Positions 1 to 10,897 of a stretch of 53,517 bases of DNA are shown here, piece after piece. A program made the translations under genes and the position numbers. Origin of the DNA: Hydrurus foetidus. Lineage: Eukaryota. Under the pieces are notes generated by a model. The model did not search any database. It saw only the letters and a program-made list of their open reading frames with translations, and was not told the DNA's origin. The DNA is taken from positions 1 to 53,517 of the forward strand of contig UYFQ01000729.1 in assembly GCA_900617105.1 (NCBI GenBank). Reading direction: 5' to 3'. Every line of letters starts with the position of its first letter. Position 1 is the first letter of the stretch.

Positions 1-926
1 TTTGCGCATTTTGGTCGATTTGGATCACCAAATATGATTAGATCTGATCGATGATCACATTTCGCAAATGAATTGATCAAAGAATTCTTAGATCTTTGTG
101 GGACACCACATAACCTCACCCTTGCTTACTCAAAACAAGAGAATGCAATTGTTGAAAGAGTCAACAAAGAGGTGAATAGACACTTAAGAGGTTTAGTTTT
201 TGATAAACAAACCCTTGAGGGATATGCTAAGTCAATCCCATTCGTGCAACTTATCATTAACGGTTCAGTTAATAGACGCACAGGTGTCTGCCCCGCTCAT
301 TTACTGTTCGGGAACAAACTTGATTTGAATCGTGGTATTCTCACCCCACACTTAAGTGTCGGAACACATTCAAGATCAACGTACATATCAGATTTGATAA
401 GTGTACAAGACAAAGTACTTGAAACTGCAGTTCAAACTTTGTTAAAAGCGGATGCTAAAAACGCCGCGTCAGCTGAATCAGCGACTGTGTTCCCCGTGGG
501 GTCATATGTCTTATGCCGATACACTGATCGACCTCCAACTCGATTACATACAAAGTGGCATGGCCCTTACTGTATTGTCTCCTTTAAGGGTCCGAGTACG
601 TTCTCGCGAATCTTGTAAACCACAAGAAACGAAGTGTTCATGTCAAAAATTTGAAAATATTCAATTATGACCCAGAGGTAGATATACCCGCTGACACTGC
701 TCGTCGCGATTACATGGAGTTCGTGGTTGAGAAAGTGCTGGGTCACGCTGGTGACACAAAGAAACCGACTACAATGTCGTTCCATGTTAAATGGCTCAAC
801 TACGATGACTCTCATAATACATGGGAGCCGTGGAAATCACTACGGCTCTGTGAAGCACTCCATGATTATTTACGGGATAATAAAATGAAACATTTCATTC
901 CCAAAAGCATTGAGACATCAGCCTAA
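1..926 (+). pseudogene. Ty3/Gypsy chromovirus pol 3' end: integrase core, GPY/F motif and chromodomain (decayed)
   Basis: Frame 1 reads FGRFGSPNMIRSDR*SHF (premature TGA at 52-54 in the SDxG motif), then ENAIVERVN and KWHGPY. A frameshift near 590-620 leads into a chromodomain (VEKVLGH...FHVKWLNYDDSHNTWEP, ORF 651-926). Confidence 0.9.
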
Positions 927-1233
927 GTTGCTGATCTCGAACGTATTATCTTTTGAAGATTTTTCCTAATTTTTCCCTCTATGAGGTTTTTATGGTTTTA
1001 GTCAGTAAAAATCTGACATAATTACGTATCGAGGTCTCGTGCGCAAGTACATGGCACTAGGCACCCACCTTATCACCTTGACCGACCCGCCACCCAGTCT
1101 ATTTGTATAGATTTCAATGTATTATAAGATTTACATATTTGTGATCTTTTTCCTTATTCTTCCTTTAGTTAGTTTTAGTTGTATTAGATTTTTGTACAAA
1201 ACGTGGTGGTCGCGTCATAGGTTCTTTTTCTTC

Positions 1234-1468
1234 AAAAAAAAGATAAGTGGGCGTGATGTGGTCGGACCGGCTATGCCGGGCCCACGGGCCGTACCGGACC
1301 TAGTCCCGATCCATCCGATTCTACCGCCTACTGTACACATACATCTCTAGCGCAGCTGCCAGCTAGCTCTAGCCTACTCGTAGAAGTTATCCTAGCTTCT
1401 AGCTTAGAGCCTGTAACTAACTAACACCTTCCTTCCATCGACCTACTTCCTATCTGGACTACACTACA
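1234..1468 (+). repeat. Polypurine tract and probable 3' LTR of the Gypsy element
   Basis: Purine run aaaaaaaagataagtggg (1234-1251), then TGTGG at 1257. The best end is CTACA at 1464-1468, after which the sequence is that of the interrupted minus-strand gene. The 5' LTR is outside the window, so boundaries are inferred. Confidence 0.6.
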
Positions 1469-1555
1469 CAGTTTTGGGATGTAGAGTAATACCAACGACC
1501 TACTTCCTATCTGGACTACACTACACAGTTTTGGGATGTAGAGTAATACCAACGA
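1439..1555. repeat. 57-bp tandem duplication (2 copies)
   Basis: cgacctacttcctatctggactacactacacagttttgggatgtagagtaataccaa starts at 1439 and again at 1496. Confidence 0.95.
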
Positions 1556-2037
1556 AAGAATTATTGTTATCTTCAGAAATCGCCGAGCGAAGAACAGCAC
1601 CGAATTCATGCTCTCTAACAGCCCTACAGTTCTTTGCGCTTATCAAAAGCTCTTGATTCAGTGACACAACTCCAGTCTCCGACAGTAGAGGACGTCGGCC
1701 TCCCTTTAGGTCATGACCATTGCCACCTTTCTCAATATCAGCAAGCGCCCTAAAAATGATAATGCTGTGTAATGAACGGTTTGTTTTGTGACATGTAGTC
1801 CCGCAGTATCTAATTCAAACGATACCTTTTAAATAATTTCTTGCTCACTCCCGCCTTGGTGTAGGCATCTATCATACTCCAACCCCACGAACGCCACTTT
1901 AAAGCGTTTGTCATGTTTGTGACTTTATCGGTGCTTGGGGACGGAGGCGATTCGAACACAACTTTTCGTCTTCTATCCTCCACCTGTTCGGTGGTCAAAG
2001 CAGCAATGCCTTTCACTTTTGGCATCATAAAGTTCAT
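1521..2037 (-). pseudogene. Putative pogo/Tigger (psq-HTH plus CENP-B-like HTH) transposase N-terminus, truncated by the LTR
   Basis: Exon 2037-1826, GT..AG intron 1825-1750, exon 1749-1521 in frame, giving MTNALKWRSWGWSMIDAYTKAGVSKKLFKRALADIEKGGNGHDLKGGRRPLLSETGVVSLNQELL. The HTH plus GRxPxL linker pattern was judged by eye. Confidence 0.45.
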
Positions 2038-2974
2038 AGTCTGAATAGTGTCGATATGTCATGATAAATGAGTTCAAAAGTTAGCAATGTGAGAGAGCGA
2101 TTGCTAGGTTGTTCGAGAAAAAGTTCAATTTTAGTACGATATGCATGAGAATCGATTGCAGTTTGATAGCAAATGATGAGAGCGACTTATATGATATGAT
2201 ACCTGAAAAGTCCGACTGTTGGTAAAATTTTCGGTCTTGACGTGGTGATCGACAACTCTGTTTCTAGTTGAGCTGAAGAAATTCCTGCGACATCCACCCA
2301 CGAGAGTGATGTTAGGTCCATGTCAAAAGAGTTTCAACCCTCAGATATGCGCGGTAGGCTTCATGTGGTTGCAAAAAAAGTTACCTTTCGGAGGAAAAAA
2401 GCGATGTGTTTGTCTCTCAACTGCTACAGAACCGCTGAAGCTATCGCAAAATTGACGGCGGCATTGTTTTTCTAGTAGTACCTATTAGTCGAATCAAGTT
2501 TTCAGAACCTGCAGCGACGATTGGTATTATTGTTGTGAGTTCTGGAGTTGAAAGTTGGTAGGTCATGTCGAGTATGTCAACTTGAAAGCAAAGGTACCGT
2601 TTGTTCCCGAGGGTACCCTTTGTTCCCCGTACCACCCCATCAGTGCGCGTCATGACGAAGACTGACCACTCAAGACACCAAGACTCCATCATTCCTGCTA
2701 CCCCCCTCCATCATTTTCTCCTACCCCATCAAGTGCGACTCAAGAAAATCCTGACAGAGAAACAAAGAGCGAGGACCGTGGACCCAGACCCAAGACCCGA
2801 TTCCGGAATCAGATAGTATCAGCAGTCAGAAAAAATTATTTTAAGTGCATTCTTTTGCGTGTTACATAAAGTCTTTTTAGTATTGTTTAACTCTATGCTC
2901 TTTTGTATCAGTCAGACCTGTATGATACTAACATTACCCTGCGTGTAATAAAATATCTAACCGTCACAATTAAA

Positions 2975-3425
2975 GATCAACTTTCAACATTTCCTTACTG
3001 TCGCCAGATATAGAATTCATGTTACGATACACCATTCTTGTGAAGATTGTCCAAGTAAATGGAGCAATTTCTCGAATCCTATTGCGTATTCTTTCATTCC
3101 CCTCCGTACACAAAAGCCCGACGTCCCCACTGCCCTCCTTTTTTTCGGAATAACTTCGATTGATAGTTGTCGTAAACGTTGTTGGTGACCGTATGTGGTT
3201 ACTCACGTATGTGCTCTTTGATGTCCGTAACTTCTATCGAACAGTGTGCATATAGGATATTTGTCTTTCGCATCAGTTGAAAAATTCCTTTAACCCACGA
3301 AGATCAAAATACTTTCTCTACACAGTTTGACTGGCGGGACAGATCGAGTTGCCGACTGTCTCCATGAACAATGAAGCGATGTTGCAGCGCTTCCTATTAA
3401 TTCTAAAACTCACACCTGTCCAGCT
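2975..3425 (-). pseudogene. Heavily degenerate partial copy of the hAT transposase unit
   Basis: Colinear with the array unit (e.g. actttcaacatttcctt, cgtccccactgccctcctttttt, gcatataggatatttgtctttcgcatcagttgaaaa) but with many substitutions and small indels. Confidence 0.85.
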
Positions 3426-3636
3426 TGAAGTGCAGATGATTTTGAGTCCAATATAGGTTGTTAGATCATGCAATGACGCTCGAGATATCAGCAACAGGAC
3501 ACGTTGCATCATATCAAAGTACAATCTCAGGACCAACAAGCGGTCGCACATCGTGAAAGTCGACCACCATCTTGTCGAGATGTCCTGCAAAATATTGAGA
3601 GGGCGAGCTCGATGAGCTTGCTTCTCTTTGAGTTTC

Positions 3637-3760
3637 CTGCGTAGAGTTCAGAGAGGGTAAAAATTGGTGAAGGAGACGGAAATGATAGATTCGGACCTGC
3701 GTTCGCTGTGAGCAGTACTCGCAACTAAGAACCATCGTCTTAACCGATAGGTCGTCATAC
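3637..3760 (-). other. 124-nt GT-AG intron of the hAT unit (repeated in every unit)
   Basis: Minus strand AAG|gtatga...ctctacgcag|GAA. Removal joins SSQAAR to KLKEKQAHRARPLNILQDISTRWWST, restoring the canonical hAT TRW block. Confidence 0.85.
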
Positions 3761-6700
3761 CTTGCTGCCTGCGATGAGTGCGCAAAGTAACCAACTAAAC
3801 TGCGACAAGCTTTCATTGCACCTTCAGCACCAGGTAAGTTTTCGTCGCTAAATCCAATTCCTGAGGTAAGCTCCAAGTTATGGGCTGCACAATAAATGAG
3901 AGGACAGGGGTAGTGACGCCCAGCAGCTGTCATATTTGCAGCTGTATCCGAAACTACTGCAACTATATGATCTGAAGTCAAATTGAAGACTTCCCAAGCC
4001 TCTTTGAGCAATTTTGCAGTTAGTACACCAGTTGTTTCTCCAGTGTGAGGATCGCAACTTAAAGTCATCGACCTCAGCACCCATCCTTCATCAATGTAGT
4101 GAATGGTAGAAGCCATGTATGTCTCATTGGAACATGAAGTCCAGTGATCTGTGGTCAATGCAAAATATTGTCCAACCAGAAATTCTTTCATAGCTTCCAT
4201 CACTTGATCCTTCACTTTCAACATTTCCTTAGAAACTGTCGCGGCAGATATAGAATTGCTGGTTCGGGAACTCCACGCATTGCACATTCTTCTGAAATAG
4301 GGATTGTCGCACGTCGAAATGGGTTGAAATTTCTCGACAATCCATCTGATGTATTCTTTCATGAAATCCCCTCCGTAAACGACAAAAGCCTCTAGCGTCC
4401 CCACTGCCCTCCTTTTTTTCGCCGCCTCCTTCGATTGATAGTTGTCGTAAACGTCCCGATGTTGGTGAAATATGTGGTTACTCAGCTTGTTGGTGCTCTT
4501 TGACTGTCCGTAATTAACTTCTATCGAACAGATGTTGCATATAGGATATTTGTCTTTCGCATCAGTTGAAAAATACTCCCAAACCCACGAAGATTTAATA
4601 AATACTTTCTCTACTACAGTTGAGACAACTGGCGCAATGCTTGACGCAGTTGCCGACGCACTGCTCGACACTGTTGAAGAAGCACTACTTGAGGCAGCGC
4701 TTCCTATAGAATTCATAAAACTCATCATCCTGTCCAGTAATGAAGTGCAGATGATTTTGAGTCCAATATAGGTTGTTAGATCATGCAATGACGCTCGAGA
4801 TATCAGCAACAGGACACGTTGCATCATATCAAAGTACAATCTCAGGACCAACAAGCGGTCGCACATCGTGAAAGTCGACCACCATCTTGTCGAGATGTCC
4901 TGCAAAATATTGAGAGGGCGAGCTCGATGAGCTTGCTTCTCTTTGAGTTTCCTGCGTAGAGTTCAGAGAGGGTAAAAATTGGTGAAGGAGACGGAAATGA
5001 TAGATTCGGACCTGCGTTCGCTGTGAGCAGTACTCGCAACTAAGAACCATCGTCTTAACCGATAGGTCGTCATACCTTGCTGCCTGCGATGAGTGCGCAA
5101 AGTAACCAACTAAACTGCGACAAGCTTTCATTGCACCTTCAGCACCAGGTAAGTTTTCGTCGCTAAATCCAATTCCTGAGGTAAGCTCCAAGTTATGGGC
5201 TGCACAATAAATGAGAGGACAGGGGTAGTGACGCCCAGCAGCTGTCATATTTGCAGCTGTATCCGAAACTACTGCAACTATATGATCTGAAGTCAAATTG
5301 AAGACTTCCCAAGCCTCTTTGAGCAATTTTGCAGTTAGTACACCAGTTGTTTCTCCAGTGTGAGGATCGCAACTTAAAGTCATCGACCTCAGCACCCATC
5401 CTTCATCAATGTAGTGAATGGTAGAAGCCATGTATGTCTCATTGGAACATGAAGTCCAGTGATCTGTGGTCAATGCAAAATATTGTCCAACCAGAAATTC
5501 TTTCATAGCTTCCATCACTTGATCCTTCACTTTCAACATTTCCTTCGAAACTGTCGCGGCAGATATAGAATTGCTGGTTCGGGAACTCCACGCATTGCAC
5601 ATTCTTCTGAAATAGGGATTGTCGCACGTCGAAATGGGTTGAAATTTCTCGACAATCCATCTGATGTATTCTTTCATGAAATCCCCTCCGTAAACGACAA
5701 AAGCCTCTAGCGTCCCCACTGCCCTCCTTTTTTTCGCCGCCTCCTTCGATTGATAGTTGTCGTAAACGTCCCGATGTTGGTGAAATATGTGGTTACTCAG
5801 CTTGCTGGTGCTCTTTGACTGTCCGTAATTAACTTCTATCGAACAGATGTTGCATATAGGATATTTGTCTTTCGCATCAGTTGAAAAATACTCCCAAACC
5901 CACGAAGATTTAATAAATACTTTCTCTACTACAGTTGAGACAACTGGCGCAATGCTTGACGCAGTTGCCGACGCACTGCTCGACACTGTTGAAGACGCAC
6001 TACTTGAGGCAGCGCTTCCTATAGAATTCATAAAACTCATCATCCTGTCCAGTAATGAAGTGCAGATGATTTTGAGTCCAATATAGGTTGTTAGATCATG
6101 CAATGACGCTCGAGATATCAGCAACAGGACACGTTGCATCATATCAAAGTACAATCTCAGGACCAACAAGCGGTCGCACATCGTGAAAGTCGACCACCAT
6201 CTTGTCGAGATGTCCTGCAAAATATTGAGAGGGCGAGCTCGATGAGCTTGCTTCTCTTTGAGTTTCCTGCGTAGAGTTCAGAGAGGGTAAAAATTGGTGA
6301 AGGAGACGGAAATGATAGATTCGGACCTGCGTTCGCTGTGAGCAGTACTCGCAACTAAGAACCATCGTCTTAACCGATAGGTCGTCATACCTTGCTGCCT
6401 GCGATGAGTGCGCAAAGTAACCAACTAAACTGCGACAAGCTTTCATTGCACCTTCAGCACCAGGTAAGTTTTCGTCGCTAAATCCAATTCCTGAGGTAAG
6501 CTCCAAGTTATGGGCTGCACAATAAATGAGAGGACAGGGGTAGTGACGCCCAGCAGCTGTCATATTTGCAGCTGTATCCGAAACTACTGCAACTATATGA
6601 TCTGAAGTCAAATTGAAGACTTCCCAAGCCTCTTTGAGCAATTTTGCAGTTAGTACACCAGTTGTTTCTCCAGTGTGAGGATCGCAACTTAAAGTCATCG

Positions 6701-7458
6701 ACCTCAGCACCCATCCTTCATCAATGTAGTGAATGGTAGAAGCCATGTATGTCTCATTGGAACATGAAGTCCAGTGATCTGTGGTCAATGCAAAATATTG
6801 TCCAACCAGAAATTCTTTCATAGCTTCCATCACTTGATCCTTCACTTTCAACATTTCCTTCGAAACTGTCGCGGCAGATATAGAATTGCTGGTTCGGGAA
6901 CTCCACGCATTGCACATTCTTCTGAAATAGGGATTGTCGCACGTCGAAATGGGTTGAAATTTCTCGACAATCCATCTGATGTATTCTTTCATGAAATCCC
7001 CTCCGTAAACGACAAAAGCCTCTAGCGTCCCCACTGCCCTCCTTTTTTTCGCCGCCTCCTTCGATTGATAGTTGTCGTAAACGTCCCGATGTTGGTGAAA
7101 TATGTGGTTACTCAGCTTGCTGGTGCTCTTTGACTGTCCGTAATTAACTTCTATCGAACAGATGTTGCATATAGGATATTTGTCTTTCGCATCAGTTGAA
7201 AAATACTCCCAAACCCACGAAGATTTAATAAATACTTTCTCTACTACAGTTGAGACAACTGGCGCAATGCTTGACGCAGTTGCCGACGCACTGCTCGACA
7301 CTGTTGAAGACGCACTACTTGAGGCAGCGCTTCCTATAGAATTCATAAAACTCATCATCCTGTCCAGTAATGAAGTGCAGATGATTTTGAGTCCAATATA
7401 GGTTGTTAGATCATGCAATGACGCTCGAGATATCAGCAACAGGACACGTTGCATCATA

Positions 7459-8673
7459 TCAAAGTACAATCTCAGGACCAACAAGCGGTCGCACATCGTG
7501 AAAGTCGACCACCATCTTGTCGAGATGTCCTGCAAAATATTGAGAGGGCGAGCTCGATGAGCTTGCTTCTCTTTGAGTTTCCTGCGTAGAGTTCAGAGAG
7601 GGTAAAAATTGGTGAAGGAGACGGAAATGATAGATTCGGACCTGCGTTCGCTGTGAGCAGTACTCGCAACTAAGAACCATCGTCTTAACCGATAGGTCGT
7701 CATACCTTGCTGCCTGCGATGAGTGCGCAAAGTAACCAACTAAACTGCGACAAGCTTTCATTGCACCTTCAGCACCAGGTAAGTTTTCGTCGCTAAATCC
7801 AATTCCTGAGGTAAGCTCCAAGTTATGGGCTGCACAATAAATGAGAGGACAGGGGTAGTGACGCCCAGCAGCTGTCATATTTGCAGCTGTATCCGAAACT
7901 ACTGCAACTATATGATCTGAAGTCAAATTGAAGACTTCCCAAGCCTCTTTGAGCAATTTTGCAGTTAGTACACCAGTTGTTTCTCCAGTGTGAGGATCGC
8001 AACTTAAAGTCATCGACCTCAGCACCCATCCTTCATCAATGTAGTGAATGGTAGAAGCCATGTATGTCTCATTGGAACATGAAGTCCAGTGATCTGTGGT
8101 CAATGCAAAATATTGTCCAACCAGAAATTCTTTCATAGCTTCCATCACTTGATCCTTCACTTTCAACATTTCCTTCGAAACTGTCGCGGCAGATATAGAA
8201 TTGCTGGTTCGGGAACTCCACGCATTGCACATTCTTCTGAAATAGGGATTGTCGCACGTCGAAATGGGTTGAAATTTCTCGACAATCCATCTGATGTATT
8301 CTTTCATGAAATCCCCTCCGTAAACGACAAAAGCCTCTAGCGTCCCCACTGCCCTCCTTTTTTTCGCCGCCTCCTTCGATTGATAGTTGTCGTAAACGTC
8401 CCGATGTTGGTGAAATATGTGGTTACTCAGCTTGCTGGTGCTCTTTGACTGTCCGTAATTAACTTCTATCGAACAGATGTTGCATATAGGATATTTGTCT
8501 TTCGCATCAGTTGAAAAATACTCCCAAACCCACGAAGATTTAATAAATACTTTCTCTACTACAGTTGAGACAACTGGCGCAATGCTTGACGCAGTTGCCG
8601 ACGCACTGCTCGACACTGTTGAAGACGCACTACTTGAGGCAGCGCTTCCTATAGAATTCATAAAACTCATCAT
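7459..8673 (-). CDS. hAT-family transposase fragment (BED zinc finger and first two catalytic Asp; no C-terminal Glu or dimerisation domain); representative 5'-most unit
   Basis: BED finger SWVWEYF..CNIC..STSKLSNHIFHQH; hAT motifs ALTTDHWTS, VVSDTAANM and CAAHNLEL; after splicing, LQDISTRWWSTFTMCDRLL. Confidence 0.9.
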   Translation of the reverse strand: MMSFMNSIGSAASSSASSTVSSSASATASSIAPVVSTVVEKVFIKSSWVWEYFSTDAKDKYPICNICSIEVNYGQSKSTSKLSNHIFHQHRDVYDNYQSKEAAKKRRAVGTLEAFVVYGGDFMKEYIRWIVEKFQPISTCDNPYFRRMCNAWSSRTSNSISAATVSKEMLKVKDQVMEAMKEFLVGQYFALTTDHWTSCSNETYMASTIHYIDEGWVLRSMTLSCDPHTGETTGVLTAKLLKEAWEVFNLTSDHIVAVVSDTAANMTAAGRHYPCPLIYCAAHNLELTSGIGFSDENLPGAEGAMKACRSLVGYFAHSSQAARYDDLSVKTMVLSCEYCSQRTQVRIYHFRLLHQFLPSLNSTQETQREASSSSSPSQYFAGHLDKMVVDFHDVRPLVGPEIVL

Positions 8674-8782
8674 CCTGTCCAGTAATGAAGTGCAGATGAT
8701 TTTGAGTCCAATATAGGTTGTTAGATCATGCAATGACGCTCGAGATATCAGCAACAGGACACGTTGTATTGTGATGACATGT

Positions 8783-8860
8783 TAGGTGGTGATTGGCCGG
8801 TCATCAAAAAGATGGCCGGTCGGCCTGGCCGACCGGCCACGCCACCGGCCACAAGCTCTA
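8783..8860 (-). mobile_element. Probable 5' terminus of the hAT element (TIR start and subterminal GGCCGG repeats)
   Basis: The minus strand begins TAGAGCTTGTGGCCGG, followed by clustered ggccgg/ccggcc motifs just upstream of the transposase. No matching 3' TIR was found in the window. Confidence 0.6.
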
Positions 8861-8969
8861 ATTAAAATGTCAGAAAAAAACGCCACCGTAGGGGACCAAG
8901 AAGTTACGACAACCGGAAGAGAACCCCGAACCTGATCATGCAAACGGTCCGAGAGGTCACCCACGGCAG

Positions 8970-9128
8970 TTCTCTTCCCAAGAGATTTCTTTTCCTCTGT
9001 TATGTGAGGCATGGTCGCGTAAGTACGTATCTCACATATGCCTTGTCTTATCTTACATTTGGTCGCACTCGCATGGATGTCTGGGTATCCCTTAAAAAAT
9101 TGGGGTCGAGTAGCCCGTCCCCTTCCCC
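8970..9128 (-). repeat. Split direct repeat B2 (copy of 9506-9672)
   Basis: ttctcttcccaagag...gtccccttcccc; B1 carries an extra 8 nt (tcatcctc). Confidence 0.95.
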
Positions 9129-9200
9129 AGAGCACCCACGGGTGATCAGATAAAAAAAGGTGAATCTAAAATAACAAAATAGGCATGGCTGGCTACGGGG

Positions 9201-9252
9201 TAAAAAACGTTCCGAACGGATGTATGAGTGCTGAGAAAACTCAATTCTAAAA
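9201..9252 (-). repeat. Split direct repeat A2 (copy of 15012-15063)
   Basis: taaaaaacgttccgaacggatgtatgagtgctgagaaaactcaattctaaaa occurs at both places. Confidence 0.95.
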
Positions 9253-9505
9253 TTGTGCGATCGTATCTCAGTATCTTTTCTGCGATTGGATTGTCAATTG
9301 GTTTTGAACATCTGTCATTACATCTCATAACCATGGAATTCGAGCGGTCACAAGTCGAGATCCAGATCCAAATCGATGTGTACATCCGAAACGTGGTGGT
9401 GGGTTCTGGTTCACCGGCATAATTCAAAATCTCCTCTACTGTCCAGAGAACCCATCCTGGAGTTCTCTGCGGCACGCGAGCTTGCGAGGCTCCCCCATTC
9501 TCTGA

Positions 9506-9672
9506 TTCTCTTCCCAAGAGATTTCTTTTCCTCTGTTATGTGAGGCATGGTCGCGTAAGTACGTATCTCTCATCCTCACATATGCCTTGTCTTATCTTAC
9601 ATTTGGTCGCACTCGCATGGATGTCTGGGTATCCCTTAAAAAATTGGGGTCGAGTAGCCCGTCCCCTTCCCC
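9506..9672 (-). repeat. Split direct repeat B1
   Basis: Matches 8970-9128 and lies just after the YR stop codon. Confidence 0.95.
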
Positions 9673-9697
9673 CAAAATGCTTCGAAGGGGCCGCTGC

Positions 9698-10870
9698 TCA
9701 TCCCGCTGTGTGTGGAGGTAACCAACTCCAGACATCCTTAGTTGTGAGCTTAGTACCACCAGCGTTGGAGTTTGCTGCTAATGGACCTTGTGCTCCCGAG
9801 TGATAGTCGTAAACTCCCCTCATTACCTGAGATCCTTCCACATAGCCCCCTCCATCCAGCATGTCAGACTCCGACACTCCCATCGCCCTCATTTGGGTCG
9901 TTGCTCCCTTTCTTAGCGAGTGGGACGAAAAATAGTTTGGCGGTAAACCAGCATCCTTGCAGATTCCTTTCACCGCATTCCTGACCATTTTTCCCCACAG
10001 TGTCTTCCTATCAAGTTGGTTCGAGTTCTTCCTCGCGAGGTATCTGCAGAACAACTCGTCCGTTGGCTTTACTCCTGAGAAAGCCACGAATGTGACTAGA
10101 TCGTCCAAGAACTGGGCTTCCTCTGCTGATCTCCGGCCGACCACCTTTGCTTTTACAGGTGCTCCTGTTTTCTGAGTAGATGCATGTACCTGGAACCCCA
10201 CCACGGCTGATGTGCAGCTGTTACCAAGCCGTACCTCAGTAAAGAATGCTCCTCCTCCGATGACCTGATAGTCCTCTAAACCATTGACGACGGTAAAGAT
10301 TAAGTCTCGGCATCTAACGCAATGATCTTCAGCATCCACTTCGTGGCTCGTATATTCCGAGACTCTAGCATCCATTTCATATCCCCACATACAGCCTATG
10401 TATGTCATCCTGCAGTCCATGTCCACTCGGTCCCAACCTCGGCCCTCCCAGAGTTTCTTTCTCAAATCTATAAGAAGGCTTTCGCATATCGGGATTTTGG
10501 TCGTCGTGCTGGATGGTCCGTCCTTCTTATCTCGCAGCTCCTTTACAGTCAGACGACATGCTGCTCGCGCGGCTGTTATCATTGACGATTCCAAAAAGGC
10601 AGTGGAATGAAGGGCCGCAGTGAAATGCAGTCGGATTCCAGCCGTGATGGCCGTTGCCTGCTTCTCCCTTGCTCCCCCTTGGTGACGATTTTGCAATAAC
10701 AACGCGACCGCTATAGATTTTTGTTCATCTGGCCAGGTTGTCAGCAAAGGGCATGTCTCGCCGAGTTCCTCCGCAAGAAACTTGCACCAGATTCGCCAGT
10801 GACCCTCGTATGTTTTCTCTGTCTTCCGAGTAACCGACGACTTGAGGAAGACTCCTAAACTAGTTGTCAT
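9698..10870 (-). CDS. Tyrosine recombinase of the DIRS/Ngaro element
   Basis: 390-aa ORF with ARVSEY, STQKTG, SHSLRKGAT and a C-terminal catalytic Tyr candidate (VMRGVYD). Confidence 0.92.
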   Translation of the reverse strand: MTTSLGVFLKSSVTRKTEKTYEGHWRIWCKFLAEELGETCPLLTTWPDEQKSIAVALLLQNRHQGGAREKQATAITAGIRLHFTAALHSTAFLESSMITAARAACRLTVKELRDKKDGPSSTTTKIPICESLLIDLRKKLWEGRGWDRVDMDCRMTYIGCMWGYEMDARVSEYTSHEVDAEDHCVRCRDLIFTVVNGLEDYQVIGGGAFFTEVRLGNSCTSAVVGFQVHASTQKTGAPVKAKVVGRRSAEEAQFLDDLVTFVAFSGVKPTDELFCRYLARKNSNQLDRKTLWGKMVRNAVKGICKDAGLPPNYFSSHSLRKGATTQMRAMGVSESDMLDGGGYVEGSQVMRGVYDYHSGAQGPLAANSNAGGTKLTTKDVWSWLPPHTAG

Positions 10871-10897
10871 CGCTGAGGAAATTCTGTGGCCTGTGAT

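Larger units (their letters stand above)
3426..8766 (-). repeat. Tandem array A: about 4 copies of a 1315-bp unit encoding the N-terminal half of a hAT transposase
   Basis: Near-identical ORFs recur at 3514, 4829, 6144 and 7459 (period 1315). Only a few SNPs between copies are visible. Confidence 0.97.

Noticed and set aside
1439..1555. Possible CRISPR-like repeat
   Set aside because: Only two abutting copies, no spacers, no cas genes, and a eukaryotic context.
2200..2970. Possible terminus of the pogo-like element or the 3' end of the hAT element
   Set aside because: No TIR partner or TSD could be identified; the short ORFs here show no recognisable motifs.
4144..4771. Recurrent plus-strand 83-aa and 79-aa ORFs in each hAT unit
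   Set aside because: Antisense shadows of the transposase with no motifs; they recur only because the unit is repeated.
3514..4905. 463-aa ORFs taken as complete transposases
   Set aside because: They are permuted by the tandem junction (TRW block placed first), include translated intron, and lack the C-terminal half.
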